Below, piece by piece: positions 23,855-36,900 of a stretch of DNA of 64,000 bases. The translations under genes and the position numbers were made by a program. Origin of the DNA: Macrostomum hystrix (Eukaryota > Animalia > Platyhelminthes); contig CATNEN010000012.1 of the NCBI GenBank assembly GCA_950097015.1, positions 806,001-870,000 on the forward strand, written 5' to 3'. Each line of letters starts with the position of its first letter. Position 1 is the stretch's first letter. A model generated the notes under the pieces. The model did no database searches, was not told where the DNA came from, and saw only the letters and a list, made by a program, of their open reading frames with translations.

Positions 23855-24860
23855 TCTCCCTGTGTCTGTAATATCCCCTCCCTGTGTCTGTAATATCCCC
23901 TCCCTGTGTCTGTAATATCCCCTCCCTGTGTCTGTAATATCCCCTCCCTGTGTCTGTGATATCCCCTCCCTGTGTCTGTAATATCCCTCCCTGTGTCTGT
24001 AATGTCCCCTCCCTGTGTCTATAATATCCCCTCCCTGTGTCTGTAATATCCCCCCGTGTCTGTAATATCCCCTCCCTGTGTCTGTAATATCCCCTCCCTT
24101 TGTCTGTAATATCCCTCCGTGTGTCTTCCTCTTCTGCCTGTATCTTCCTCTCCTGTCTGTATCTTCCTTTCCTGTCTGTATCTTCCTCTTCTGCCTGTAT
24201 CTTCCTCTCCTGTCTGTATCTTCCTCTCCTGTCTGTATCTTCCTCTCCTGTCTGTATCTTCCTCTCCTGTCTGTATCTTCCTCTCCTGTCTGTATCTTCC
24301 TCTCCTGTCTGTATCTTCCTCTCCTGTCTGTATCTTCCTCTCCTGTCTGTATCTTCCTCTCCTGTCTGTATCTTCCTCTCCTGTCTGTATCTTCCTCTCC
24401 TGTCTGTATCTTCCTCTCCTGTCTGTATCTTCCTCTCCTGTCTGTATCTTCCTCTCCTGTCTGTATCTTCTTATACTGTCTGTATCTTCCTCTCCTGTCT
24501 GTATCTTCCTCTCCTGTCTGTATCTTCCTCTCCTGTCTGTATCTTCCTCTCCTGTCTGTATCTTCCTCTCCTGTCTGTATCTTCCTCTCCTGTCTGTATC
24601 TTCCTCTCCTGTCTGTATCTTCCTCTCCTGTCTGTATCTTCCTCTCCTGTCTGTATCTTCCTCTCCTGTCTGTATCTTCTTATACTGTCTGTATCTTCCT
24701 CTCCTGTCTGTATCTTCCTCTCCTGTCTGTATCTTCCTCTCCTGTCTGTATCTTCCTCTCCTGTCTGTATCTTCCTCTCCTGTCTGTATCTTCCTCTCCT
24801 GTCTGTATCTTCCTCTCCTGTCTGTATCTTCCTCTCCTGTCTGTATCTTCCTCTTCTGTG
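23855..24860. repeat. Compound minisatellite: 22-bp unit (~12) then related 19-bp unit (~39)
   Basis: GTCTGTAATATCCCCTCCCTGT followed by TCCTGTCTGTATCTTCCTC. Confidence 0.97.
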
Positions 24861-24940
24861 TCTATCTCCCTATTCTTATGTCCTTTGCATCTGTCTGAAT
24901 CTTGTGATGATTTAGTAGTTCTTTTCGTAAAATCCAAAGC

Positions 24941-25630
24941 GTATTGAGGTCGCCTAGTTATAGAGTGCCAATAATGACGAAAATCTGAAGCCGATTTTTA
25001 GAATCCACCCACCCCCTCCGGTCACTAAGCTTTTTAGTCTATGGCACAAGTTGTGGCTGGAATGGTGTGCAGAGCCAGTGCTAAAAAAACACGAGTATAT
25101 TTAGAAAAATACAAGTAACTAATGTAGCTGGACGAATACCATGTATGCTTTAAACGTCCTCAAGACTTTATTTCTGTATCTTTACTGTAACCGTACGTAT
25201 ATTGATTGCATTGTGTAAGGAGAAAAGAAGTTGAGCAGGATTCTTGCAGCAGAGTCGGAAAGACAAACATAAGTAATAAACAGGTAGAGTGAAGGTGCAG
25301 CAGTGGGAAAAGCAAAAAACACAATCTTAAACTTTAGTGGCTGTTGTTGTTCAGACGCAAGGGCTATACTCGTATGGCATGGCTGTTACGGAGTTGTGTA
25401 TCGACGACGGCAACTGAGTCTTGTGACTGAGCGATCTTGTCTTGCTTATTTGATACATGCATTTTCTAAGTGTGAAATGTCTTATGTTTCTGAGCATTGG
25501 CTTTGTACACCATTCTAGCCACAACTTGTGCCATAGAATAAAAAGCTTGGTGACCGGAGGTGGGTGGATTCTAAATATCGGCTTCAGATTTTCGTCCTTA
25601 TTGGCACTCTATTCTAGGCGACCTCAATAC
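24941..25630. mobile_element. MITE with ~150-bp inverted arms, possibly Tc1/mariner-type (TA-flanked)
   Basis: 24941-~25090 (GTATTGAGGTCGCCTAG...GGCACAAGTTGTGGC) is the reverse complement of ~25485-25630, with a few mismatches. Ends read TA|TTGAGG...CCTCAA|TA. Confidence 0.75.
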
Positions 25631-27608
25631 TCTCTGGTAAAATCCCTTAGCATCCAAGCTTAGTGACACGGCCCGCTGGCTTCCGGATAACCGCACACCT
25701 GCAGTCGTCTGATAAAGAGCCTGAAGGCACAATGCGACAGCCCGATAGATTTGCGTAAACAGCCGCAGGGTCGAAATAGTGATGATGCAATCAGGACATC
25801 AACCATGCAGTCACGCTATAGAACTCTATAGAATAGCCTAATAAGTATTAACAAAGCAACTGTTATCAGTCTAATCTTAAACTCGGGAATTCGGAGGCGG
25901 CAGTCGAATGCAACGTGTCTTCTGTGCAATGTTGCGCAATGGTTAAACCGCGTCACAGGCTGCACCAGGCATCAGTTGGCCCTATAGTCAGTGCTCAATT
26001 GAGCAGGCTTGTAGAATGTGGCCCGTATGACTCACCGAGTGTGGAAATTTATGGCCCAGAATATATTAGATAAACAAAAACAAACGAATGAAGCCAAATT
26101 AAGAAGTTTAAATACATAATTAATTAGTCGGTGCGCTATCTGTGATAGCCGACAGTATTTATTAAAGATAGCTAATTCACTTTTCTCGCGCGCACGACGG
26201 CTGTCGAAAGTTAAGATAAAGTTTTGATAAAAACTCTGATCCGGTGGGCGCGGAGGGGTGGCTGAGGAGGAAAATGATGACAGGAAGCGATAAGTGAAAC
26301 AGCGGTGGATTGATAATAAACAAATGCAATATACTACGCAGTGTAGCTGCTGCAGAGTTTTAACCGCCGGCTCAATAACAATTATACAATTGACAACTTT
26401 GCCGCTCTCATACCAAACACACTTCCGGTCACATTTTAGCGCTAGTGACAGAGTTGGTGTTGTCAGGCTAAACGCAAGCTTCAGGTATAGACAATGTAAA
26501 GAAATCAGGCAAATCAGAGATTCTAGATAAGAGGGTTACCATGAAAGAAAATTTGACAGGAAGCACTGTCTGACTGCAGCCGCAGAGACGGTAAGATAGA
26601 GAGAACAGGGGTGATAGACTGTGGTTTATTAGCCTGGAGTGACAGACGAGGTAATTAGGCAAGGGTTGACAGACGGTGGTTTAGACAAGGGTGACAGACG
26701 GGGTGTCAGACGACGTGGGATATACATGGAATGAAGAGAGAAAAACTACTATAGACCGATTGTGGGAGACAGAGGGAGGGGGAGAAATATTGAGTGGGAG
26801 ACAGAGGGAGGGGGAGAAAGATGGATTGGGATACAGAGGGAGGGACCGACTTAGGGAGTGAAAAGCCGACTGCGTGAAACACTGAGGGGTGAAAGACTGA
26901 GGAAGTGAAAGGCAAAGTTAGTGACGATGATAGCCAACAATATGATTTATTGCTCAATAACTCTAGCAATTTATCTTACTCTGTGAAAACTGGAACATTA
27001 AAATAAGATGCTTCAAAGCCTTCAATGCATTTGATCCCAGGATCCCGGGATAACTCTCAGTCGGAATTTTCCGGGATTAGTGATCCCGGGATTATAAATT
27101 GTCGGAATTTCTAAATCCCTACGCAGTGCTATCCTTATGTTTACAATTTAAGATAAGTAATTTTATTCACTTTGGTTCCAAGATCCGGGACATCAGACTT
27201 CTTATAATATTACTTGACCTAGGAAATGCTCAAAATTATGAAGAGCTTTTTATTTATTATACTAGACTTGATGCGGGATCATGCAGGAACATGCTTTTTG
27301 CAGGGCCCCAATCAATTAATATCACAATGTGGGAAATTTGCTTGTCTGATGTTGAAACTCTCTCGGAAGCAGACAAAGAATTATGCGAGCGGAGCCCGAG
27401 ACTAAACGGTGCCGCGGGAGCGGCTGTGTTTACGCATTTGCTGGGGCCAGACAGTTTAGGCAGGCAGAAACCGGTCTGGGCCATAGACAATAAATTATAG
27501 TGCACGAGATACTTCATTTTTCCAGTGTTATGTTTCCCGCCACTTATCGTTTCTAGAAATCGTTGAAAGTATAGTTGGGGATCAAACCAAAGAGCTTTGT
27601 TTCGGCAT

Positions 27609-27792
27609 TTACAGAGGAGTTAAAGAGTTACAGAGGAGTTAAAGAGTTACAGAGGAGTTAAAGAGTTACAGAGGAGTTAAAGAGTTACAGAGGAGTTAAA
27701 GAGTTACAGAGGAGTTAAAGAGTTACAGAGGAGTTAAAGAGTTACAGAGGAGTTAAAGAGTTACAGAGGAGTTAAAGAGTTACAGAGGAGTT
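27609..27792. repeat. 19-bp minisatellite (~9.5 identical copies)
   Basis: TTACAGAGGAGTTAAAGAG. Confidence 0.97.
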
Positions 27793-27974
27793 TAAAAGGA
27801 GTTTTTCATTTCGCATCGTCATTTTTTATACAGTCTAACAAGAACTAGGGCATTGGTACTTCGTAGACTTTATAAGTTTATATTCAGATCGTTTCCTTCT
27901 TAACACTTTACGGCTGCTTGAATGTTGTGCATTGCCAGAGCAACCATCCTAATGGGTTCGATATTTTCGATACT

Positions 27975-30900
27975 GAGGGAGTCAACTGACTTGAGGATGA
28001 TTCTGAGGGGATCAACTGTCTTGAAGATGATTCTGAGAGGATCAACTATCTTGAAGATGATTCTGAGAGGATCAACTATCTTGAAGATGATTCTGAGAGG
28101 ATCAACTGTCTTGGAGATGATCCTGAGGGGATCAACAGAAGATGATCCTGAGGAGATCAACAGAAGATGATCCTGAGGGGATCAACAGAAGATGATCCTG
28201 AGGGGAACAACAGAAGATGATCCTGAGGGGATCAACAGAAGATGATCCTGAGGGGATCAACAGAAGATGATCCTGAAAGGATCAACAGAAGATGATCCTG
28301 AGGGGATCAACAGAAGATGATCCTGAGGGCATCAACAGAATATGATCCTGAGGGGATCAACAGAAGATGATCCTGAGGGGATCAACTGTCTTGAAGATGA
28401 TCCTGAGGGGATCAACAGAAGATGATCCTGATGGGATCAACAGAAGATGATCCTGATGGGATCAACAGAAGATGATCCTGATGGGATCAACAGAAGATGA
28501 TCCTGAGGGGATCAACTGTCTTGAAGATGATTCTGAGAGGATCAAAAGTCTAGGAGATGATTCTGAGGGGGTCAACAGTCTTGGAGATGATTCTGAGAGG
28601 ATCAACTGTCTTGGAGATGATCCTGAGGGGGTCAACAGCCTAGGAGATGATTCTGAGGGGATCAACAGTCTAGGAGATGATCCTGAGGGGGTCAACAGCC
28701 TAGGAGATGATTCTGAGGGGATCAACAGTCTAGGAGATGATCCTGAGGGGGTCAACAGTCTAGGAGATGATTCTGAGGGGATCAACAGTCTAGGAGATGA
28801 TCCTGAGGGGGTCAACAGTCTTAGAGATGATTCTGAGGGGATCAACAGTCTAGGAGATGATCCTGAGGGGGTCAACAGTCTAGGAGATGATTCTGAGGGG
28901 ATCAACAGTCTAGGAGATGATCCTGAGGGGGTCAACAGTCTTAGAGATGATTCTGAGATGATCAACTGTCTTGGAGATGATCCTGAGCGGGTCAACAGTC
29001 TTGGAGATGATCTTGAGGGGATCAACTGTCGTGAAGATGATTCTGAGAGGATCAAAAGTCTAGGAGATGATTCTGAGGGGGTCAACAGTCTTGGAGATGA
29101 TTCTGAGAGGATCAACTGTCTTGGAGATGATCCTGAGGGGGTCAACAGTCTTGGAGATGATTCTGAGATGATCAACTGTCTTGGAGATGATCCTGAGGGG
29201 GTCAACAGTCTTGGAGATGATTCTGAGAGGATCAACAGTCTTGGAGATGATCCTGAGGGGATCAACAGCCTAGGAGATGATTCTGAGGGGATCAACAGTC
29301 TAGGAGATGATTCTGGGGGGGATCAACAGTCTAGGAGATGATCCTGGGGGGTCAAAAGTCTAGGAGATGATTCTGAGGGGATCAACAGTCTAGGTCTAGG
29401 AGATGATTCTGAGGGGATCAACAGTCTAGGAGATGATCCTGAGGGGGTCAACAGCCTAGGAGATGATTCTGAGGGGATCAACAGTCTAGGAGATGATTCT
29501 GAGGGGGTCAACAGCCTAGGAGATGATTCTGAGGGGATCAACAGTCTAGGAGATGATCCTGAGGGGGTCAACAGCCTAGGAGATGATTCTGAGGGGGTCA
29601 ACAGTCTAGGAGATGATCCTGAGGGGGTCAACAGCCTAGGAGATGATTCTGAGGGGATCAACAGTCTAGGAGATGATCCTGAGGGGATCAACAGTCTAGG
29701 AGATGATTCTGAGGGGGTCAACAGTCTAGGAGATGATTCTGAGGGGGTCAACAGCCTAGGAGATGATTCTGAGGGGATCAACAGTCTAGGAGATGATCCT
29801 GAGGGGGTCAACAGTCTAGGAGATGATTCTGAGGGGGATCAACAGTCTAGGAGATGATCCTGAGGGGGTCAACAGTCTTAGAGATGATTCTGAGGGGATC
29901 AACAGTCTAGGAGATGATCCTGAGGGGTCAACAGTCTAGGAGATGATTCTGAGGGGATCAACAGTCTAGGAGATGATCCTGAGGGGGTCAACAGTCTTAG
30001 AGATGATTCTGAGATGATCAACTGTCTTGGAGATGATCCTGAGCGGGTCAACAGTCTTGGAGATGATCTTGAGGGGATCAACTGTCGTGAAGATGATTCT
30101 GAGAGGATCAAAAGTCTAGGAGATGATTCTGAGGGGGTCAACAGTCTTGGAGATGATTCTGAGAGGATCAACTGTCTTGGAGATGATCCTGAGGGGGTCA
30201 ACAGTCTTGGAGATGATTCTGAGAGGATCAACAGTCTTGGAGATGATCCTGAGGGGATCAACAGCCTAGGAGATGATTCTGAGGGGATCAACAGTCTAGG
30301 AGATGATTCTGGGGGGGATCAACAGTCTAGGAGATGATCCTGGGGGGTCAAAAGTCTAGGAGATGATTCTGAGGGGATCAACAGTCTAGGTCTAGGAGAT
30401 GATTCTGAGGGGATCAACAGTCTAGGAGATGATCCTGAGGGGGTCAACAGCCTAGGAGATGATTCTGAGGGGATCAACAGTCTAGGAGATGATTCTGAGG
30501 GGGTCAACAGCCTAGGAGATGATTCTGAGGGGATCAACAGTCTAGGAGATGATCCTGAGGGGGTCAACAGCCTAGGAGATGATTCTGAGGGGATCAACAG
30601 TCTAGGAGATGATCCTGAGGGGGTCAACAGCCTAGGAGATGATTCTGAGGGGGTCAACAGTCTAGGAGATGATCCTGAGGGGGTCAACAGCCTAGGAGAT
30701 GATTCTGAGGGGATCAACAGTCTAGGAGATGATCCTGAGGGGGTCAACAGCCTAGGAGATGATTCTGAGGGGATCAACAGTCTAGGAGATGATCCTGAGG
30801 GGGTCAACAGTCTAGGAGATGATTCTGAGGGGATCAACAGTCTAGGAGATGATCCTGAGGGGGTCAACAGTCTTAGAGATGATTCTGAGGGGATCAACAG

Positions 30901-32860
30901 TCTAGGAGATGATCCTGAGGGGGTCAACAGTCTAGGAGATGATTCTGAGGGGATCAACAGCCTAGGAGATGATCCTGAGGGGGTCAACAGCCTAGGAGAT
31001 GATTCTGAGATGATCAACTGTCTTGGAGATGATCCTGAGGGGGTCAACAGTCTTGGAGATGATCCTGAGGGGATCAACTGTCTTGAAGATGATTCTGAGA
31101 GGATCCAAAGTCTAGGAGATGATTCTGAGGGGGTCAACAGTCTTGGAGATGATTCTGAGAGGATCAACTGTCTTGAAGATGATTCTGAGGGGGTCAACAG
31201 TCTTGGAGATGATTCTGAGATGATCAACTGTCTTGGAGATGATCCTGAGGGGCTCAACAGTCTTGGAGATGATTCTGAGAGGATCAACAGTCTTGGAGAT
31301 GATCCTGAGGGGATCAACAGCCTAGGAGATGATTCTGAGGGGATCAACAGTCTAGGAGATGATTCTGGGGGGATCAACAGTCTAGGAGATGATCCTGGGG
31401 GGTCAAAAGTCTAGGAGATGATTCTGAGGGGATCAACAGTCTAGGTCTAGGAGATGATTCTGAGGGGATCAACAGTCTAGGAGATGATTCTGAGGGGGTC
31501 AACAGCCTAGGAGATGATTCTGAGGGGATCAACAGTCTAGGAGATGATTCTGAGGGGGTCAACAGCCTAGGAGATGATTCTGAGGGGATCAACAGTCTAG
31601 GAGATGATCCTGAGGGGGTCAACAGCCTAGGAGATGATTCTGAGGGGATCAACAGTCTAGGAGATGATCCTGAGGGGGTCAACAGCCTAGGAGATGATTC
31701 TGAGGGGATCAACAGTCTAGGAGATGATCCTGAGGGGGATCAACAGTCTAGGAGATGATTCTGAGGGGATCAACAGTCTAGGAGATGATTCTGAGGGGGT
31801 CAACAGCCTAGGAGATGATTCTGAGGGGATCAACAGTCTAGGAGATGATCCTGAGGGGGTCAACAGTCTAGGAGATGATTCTGAGGGGATCAACAGTCTA
31901 GGAGATGATCCTGAGGGGGTCAACAGTCTTAGAGATGATTCTGAGGGGATCAACAGTCTAGGAGATGATCCTGAGGGGGTCAACAGTCTAGGAGATGATT
32001 CTGAGGGGATCAACAGTCTAGGAGATGATCCTGAGGGGGTCAACAGTCTTAGAGATGATTCTGAGATGATCAACTGTCTTGGAGATGATCCTGAGCGGGT
32101 CAACAGTCTTGGAGATGATCTTGAGGGGATCAACTGTCGTGAAGATGATTCTGAGAGGATCAAAAGTCTAGGAGATGATTCTGAGGGGGTCAACCAGTCT
32201 TGGAGATGATTCTGAGAGGATCAACTGTCTTGGAGATGATCCTGAGGGGGTCAACAGTCTTGGAGATGATTCTGAGAGGATCAACAGTCTTGGAGATGAT
32301 CCTGAGGGGATCAACAGCCTAGGAGATGATTCTGAGGGGATCAACAGTCTAGGAGATGATTCTGGGGGGGATCAACAGTCTAGGAGATGATCCTGGGGGG
32401 TCAAAAGTCTAGGAGATGATTCTGAGGGGATCAACAGTCTAGGTCTAGGAGATGATTCTGAGGGGATCAACAGTCTAGGAGATGATCCTGAGGGGGTCAA
32501 CAGCCTAGGAGATGATTCTGAGGGGATCAACAGTCTAGGAGATGATTCTGAGGGGGTCAACAGCCTAGGAGATGATTCTGAGGGGATCAACAGTCTAGGA
32601 GATGATCCTGAGGGGGTCAACAGCCTAGGAGATGATTCTGAGGGGATCAACAGTCTAGGAGATGATCCTGAGGGGGTCAACAGCCTAGGAGATGATTCTG
32701 AGGGGGTCAACAGTCTAGGAGATGATCCTGAGGGGGTCAACAGCCTAGGAGATGATTCTGAGGGGATCAACAGTCTAGGAGATGATCCTGAGGGGATCAA
32801 CAGTCTAGGAGATGATTCTGAGGGGGTCAACAGTCTAGGAGATGATTCTGAGGGGAGTCA
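27975..32860. repeat. 30-bp satellite (~160 copies) with a 25-bp sub-block and a ~1-kb higher-order period
   Basis: GATGATTCTGAGGGGATCAACAGTCTAGGA; 25-bp variant at ~28130-28500; rare marker AGTCTAGGTCTAGG at 29387, 30383, 31438, 32436. Confidence 0.97.
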
Positions 32861-33944
32861 ACTGTCTTTTACGACTTTGGTCATCAAATCGCGGTGACAC
32901 ATTAGAGTTGAATGAGTCAGTTTGCAATAAAATTTACATAAGTTTTGAAATCTAAATGCTGCAACGCATAATAGCAAATGAATAGCCGAATGATGACTCG
33001 CATTTGGAGGCTTTAAATCATCGGTCACCACTCGTCACATTAGAGTCGTTGAAGAGAGCACAATTAAACAGCAGCCCTCTGACTGACTCCACTGCCTTTG
33101 TTGAATAGCGCGACTCACTGCTCCAGAGGGGTTGTTGTTGTGTCTAGGGTGGTGAGGCACGAGGCTAGGTGCACACAGCACAGGAAGGCGGCAAATACCA
33201 TTTCATTTTTTATCTTTCATCTCTTTTGAGCGCATGTGGCTTGGCACTTTGCACATTGATTTTATCACTCGCTACCTGAGTGAGATGACAACAATAGACG
33301 GACGAGGCAAGTGTGTCCATTTTGACTGCCTGCTCAGTGGCTGCTGCAGTCAGCGTGCCTCAACCACGAATAGGAATTTCGGCAGCTTAATCATTGCATC
33401 ACCGCAAGGCACATGTGGCTCCAGCCACCCCCCTCCTCACCTATCTGACTGGCGCCCAGCTCTCTGAGCTCAGCCAACCCTACTCCGCCAGTGGATATAA
33501 GAACAGGCGGAAACCTGCCCACCGAATTTATCAACCGCCTGCAGAGCTCACAAATCTGCCTTGACTACTAAAACACTTGCCTGGCTAGTGCTTACCAGGT
33601 CTGCTCACGCGTGTTATCCAGTCTTTTATTTCTGTTGCCCCTGTCTCTCACTCTCGTGCCCATAGTCAGCTAGCCGGCTCGGCAACAAAGCCAATCTGTT
33701 TGTTACTAAGGCGCCCCATCGGAAGCATTTGAGTGGCTCCTGCCCTGGCCTGCTTCTAAACCCCCCCGCGAAATTTCTGCTTCCCAAAACTGCTCTGACG
33801 AGCCACCGCGCGCTCTAATTGGCCAGGCCCTTTCAACCCAGCACACGCAGCTAAAAAAGCGATATAAACAGCCGAAGCCATTTCCCCCTAGTTGATTCTT
33901 CTGTGACTGTTAGCCAGCTCGAGTTTTTCGTCACCAGATCCAGT

Positions 33945-36900
33945 ATGTACGTCCAGGCGCCTGTCATGCACCAGCATCCTGGCCAGCTGCCCCTGCCTCA
34001 TCTGCCGCCACCGACGCATCATCGCATGCCGCCGCCGCAGTTCTTCCAGCCGCCGCCGCCGACAGCTAACGGCATGCTGCATCCGGATTCGCCGTGCTCT
34101 TCTGGAGCTTCTAGTCAGGTGAGCAGGTGAAAATATTATTGAAGGTTAAGACTGTGGAATAGGATTTAACACCATATGATTAGGAAGGATATCCGAACTT
34201 TAATCTCACACTGCCAACGACTTAAATTTAATCTCCTAATCACTTTCTAAACCCATTCAGCCATCGCCTACAAGAACTCCGCCACTGATTGCTGGCACAA
34301 GCTTCTACCTGCCAATGCCGGTTTACCAGCAGCAGCATACCACGCTAGAGTCAGGCTATGCTTCACAGCCAGGCAGCCTGCCCAACTCTCCAGTGAGCTC
34401 AGCCAACGCAGAGCAGCATCAACAGCAGCAGCCGACGATGTCGCTTGGCGACCATCTGACCGCTGCCGGCCTAATGATGCAGCCGCCAGTTCAGCCACTG
34501 CTGCTGCCGCCTCCGTTTAGTCTGCAAATGCAATTCGCAGCCGCAGCAGCCGCCGCAGCCGCTAGCTGCGCCAGCGGGTCACAGTTCCCTCCCGTGTCTC
34601 TGCCCCTGCCGCCGCCGCCGCCGCCGCACATTGCACAACAGCTGCTGCTGGCTCCGCCTCCGACTACATCGGCGACTACTTCGCAGGCAGCGGCTGCCGC
34701 AGCAGCAGCTTTCCTGCAGCAGCAGCAGCAGCAGCAGCAGCTGATTGGATGCCCAGTGTTCGAGCAGGATCTGCCGGAGTCCTGCCGGCTGCACGCCGCC
34801 GCAGCCTACAGAGCCTACAATTTTGGCAGTCACGTGCCACCGTTCGATGTGAGTTCGAAGACAATTCTGATTCATAGTTAGACTTTAGTAAGAAAATTCT
34901 TAGTCCAATTCTAATAACTTCCAAAACCTTCTAAATGCCAAGTAGAATGCATACAAGCCACTCCCCCTGGTTTCCTTTCTACGCAACGCAAGCTAGTTTT
35001 TAGTCCACAATTCTGTTTTTCAAATGAGCCGGTATCTTATCTCTACTAGCTGGAACTGGAAGCCGCACTTCCCACGGCCGTTTTACAGTGAGACGTTTTA
35101 CAACTTCTAGCAATCCCCCATTCTGTCCTATCCTGTCTCAGTCCATTTTATTCTGCTTTCAATTGACTCTTTGTGCTGTATCGAATTCTTCAGATACTGA
35201 AGCAGATAACGAAACTATTCTCAATCCAGCCGAGTTTGTCACACTGTTCAGTCAGATTGTTTGGTTTTGAGCTCTGTTGCTCCTGGCCAAAAACTATCCC
35301 GCACCTGGGCCTGTACTGACAACTCTATTTCCTTCAGCTAATCTCATATACTATACCATAAACATTTGTTTCCTTCTATTACTTATCACAGAACACTTGA
35401 GTTGCTATGCTGCAGATTGTTTCTTTTTCTGAGCTAGAAGGCACAATCTGTACACTGCAGTCTACAGTAAGTATTTAGTAACAAAAACAATAACAATAGA
35501 ACAATAGAAAAGCAATAGCTTTAGTTCAGTAATTTCTATATATTACACTAATTATTTGTTTGTGCTAGCTACACTAGAGACAATTACTCATTAGTTTTCT
35601 ATCTCAATATACCAAGCACTCAATATTTTGTGAGTCTTCCAATAGTCGCCTTGGTAAATAAAAATATTATTTATATCTCAACAAAACAGAATAAGGTTAT
35701 GACAAGTGCAAAGGCTTTGTTTACTAAAGGCTAATCGGAATTCCTGCTCATTGCTCAATACGAAATTCTATTATTGTCAATGTACACCCGAGCTTCTCTT
35801 TGCTATACTTCTTACACTATGCAGCACAGGCACACTCAATAACAATGTTGGGGATGGCTAAAAATTTAGCAGAAATTATTTTTAGTCCATTCTATATTAG
35901 CTAACAATGAGACGAAGATAAATACGAACAAAAATAAAGCCAATTGGGTGCTTCTTCCGCGAAAACAATTTCTCTTGGACAATTATGATGTTGTTGACGA
36001 CTTTCAGCCTTCAAATATCATTTCCTTTCTAATTGCATTCGTTATTAAACTTACTAAGCCTAGCCGCGCCCGTGTAGCATTTCTGCACGTTCTGCAAGCA
36101 CAGGGCAGGGCCACGCCGCCACACCCCATCACTCCGGGCAAACTTGATCCACTTGACAATGGCAAACTTTTCTTACCCTCCTGTGGCACTTTGTTCAAAT
36201 GATTTGTCGACACTAACCATTGAGAGAGACTGAATAGAATATTATAGTTCCGACAAAAACAACCGAAACAGTGACTACATCATTCTACTGCCATTTTTAT
36301 TATAACAAAAAACTGCCTTAAGTTGGTTCTTCGTCGTATAGCTAATAGTGTTTTTCAATCCGGCGGGTTGTTGTTTGAGGCTGCAAAGCCTGTCTGAGCC
36401 TGCCCCAGCCTAGCTGGCGCTGAAAATTGGGGTGGTGGGGCTGGGTGTTTAGCCTGGGCTGGAGGAGCCGTTGGGTTTGTGGGGGGTGGGGGTTATTTAC
36501 ACACTGGTCGATCAAATCAGCCACCCCATCCAAGGCCAAACCCCTCTCTCTTGATAGAGTTTAGGGGCATCTCACAAAAATTAGCGTGGTCTAGCGAAAT
36601 TGCGAATTGACGGCCGCCGCCCGACAGATGAGTCACAGTCACGCGGAGCGTTTTAAAAACAGACACAACAAGAGGGCTTCCATTTATATACTCTTCTCGG
36701 GCAGGATGCATGCGTAATAGCCGAAAATTTTCCATTCTGTCAATCAGGGTGCTCCAACCCTCACCTCACAATGTTAGTTCATTTTATTATTTAAAAACCT
36801 AGTAAATCAAGGATGCTCTATTATTTCCGCGATCTTCTACGCAACCAAATTTCCCACGCGTTTCTCAGATTGTCAAATGGTACAGTGAGAAGCCGCCATT

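Noticed and set aside
27609-32860. CRISPR-like appearance of the arrays
   Set aside because: Units are contiguous with no unique spacers, there are no cas genes, and the context is eukaryotic.
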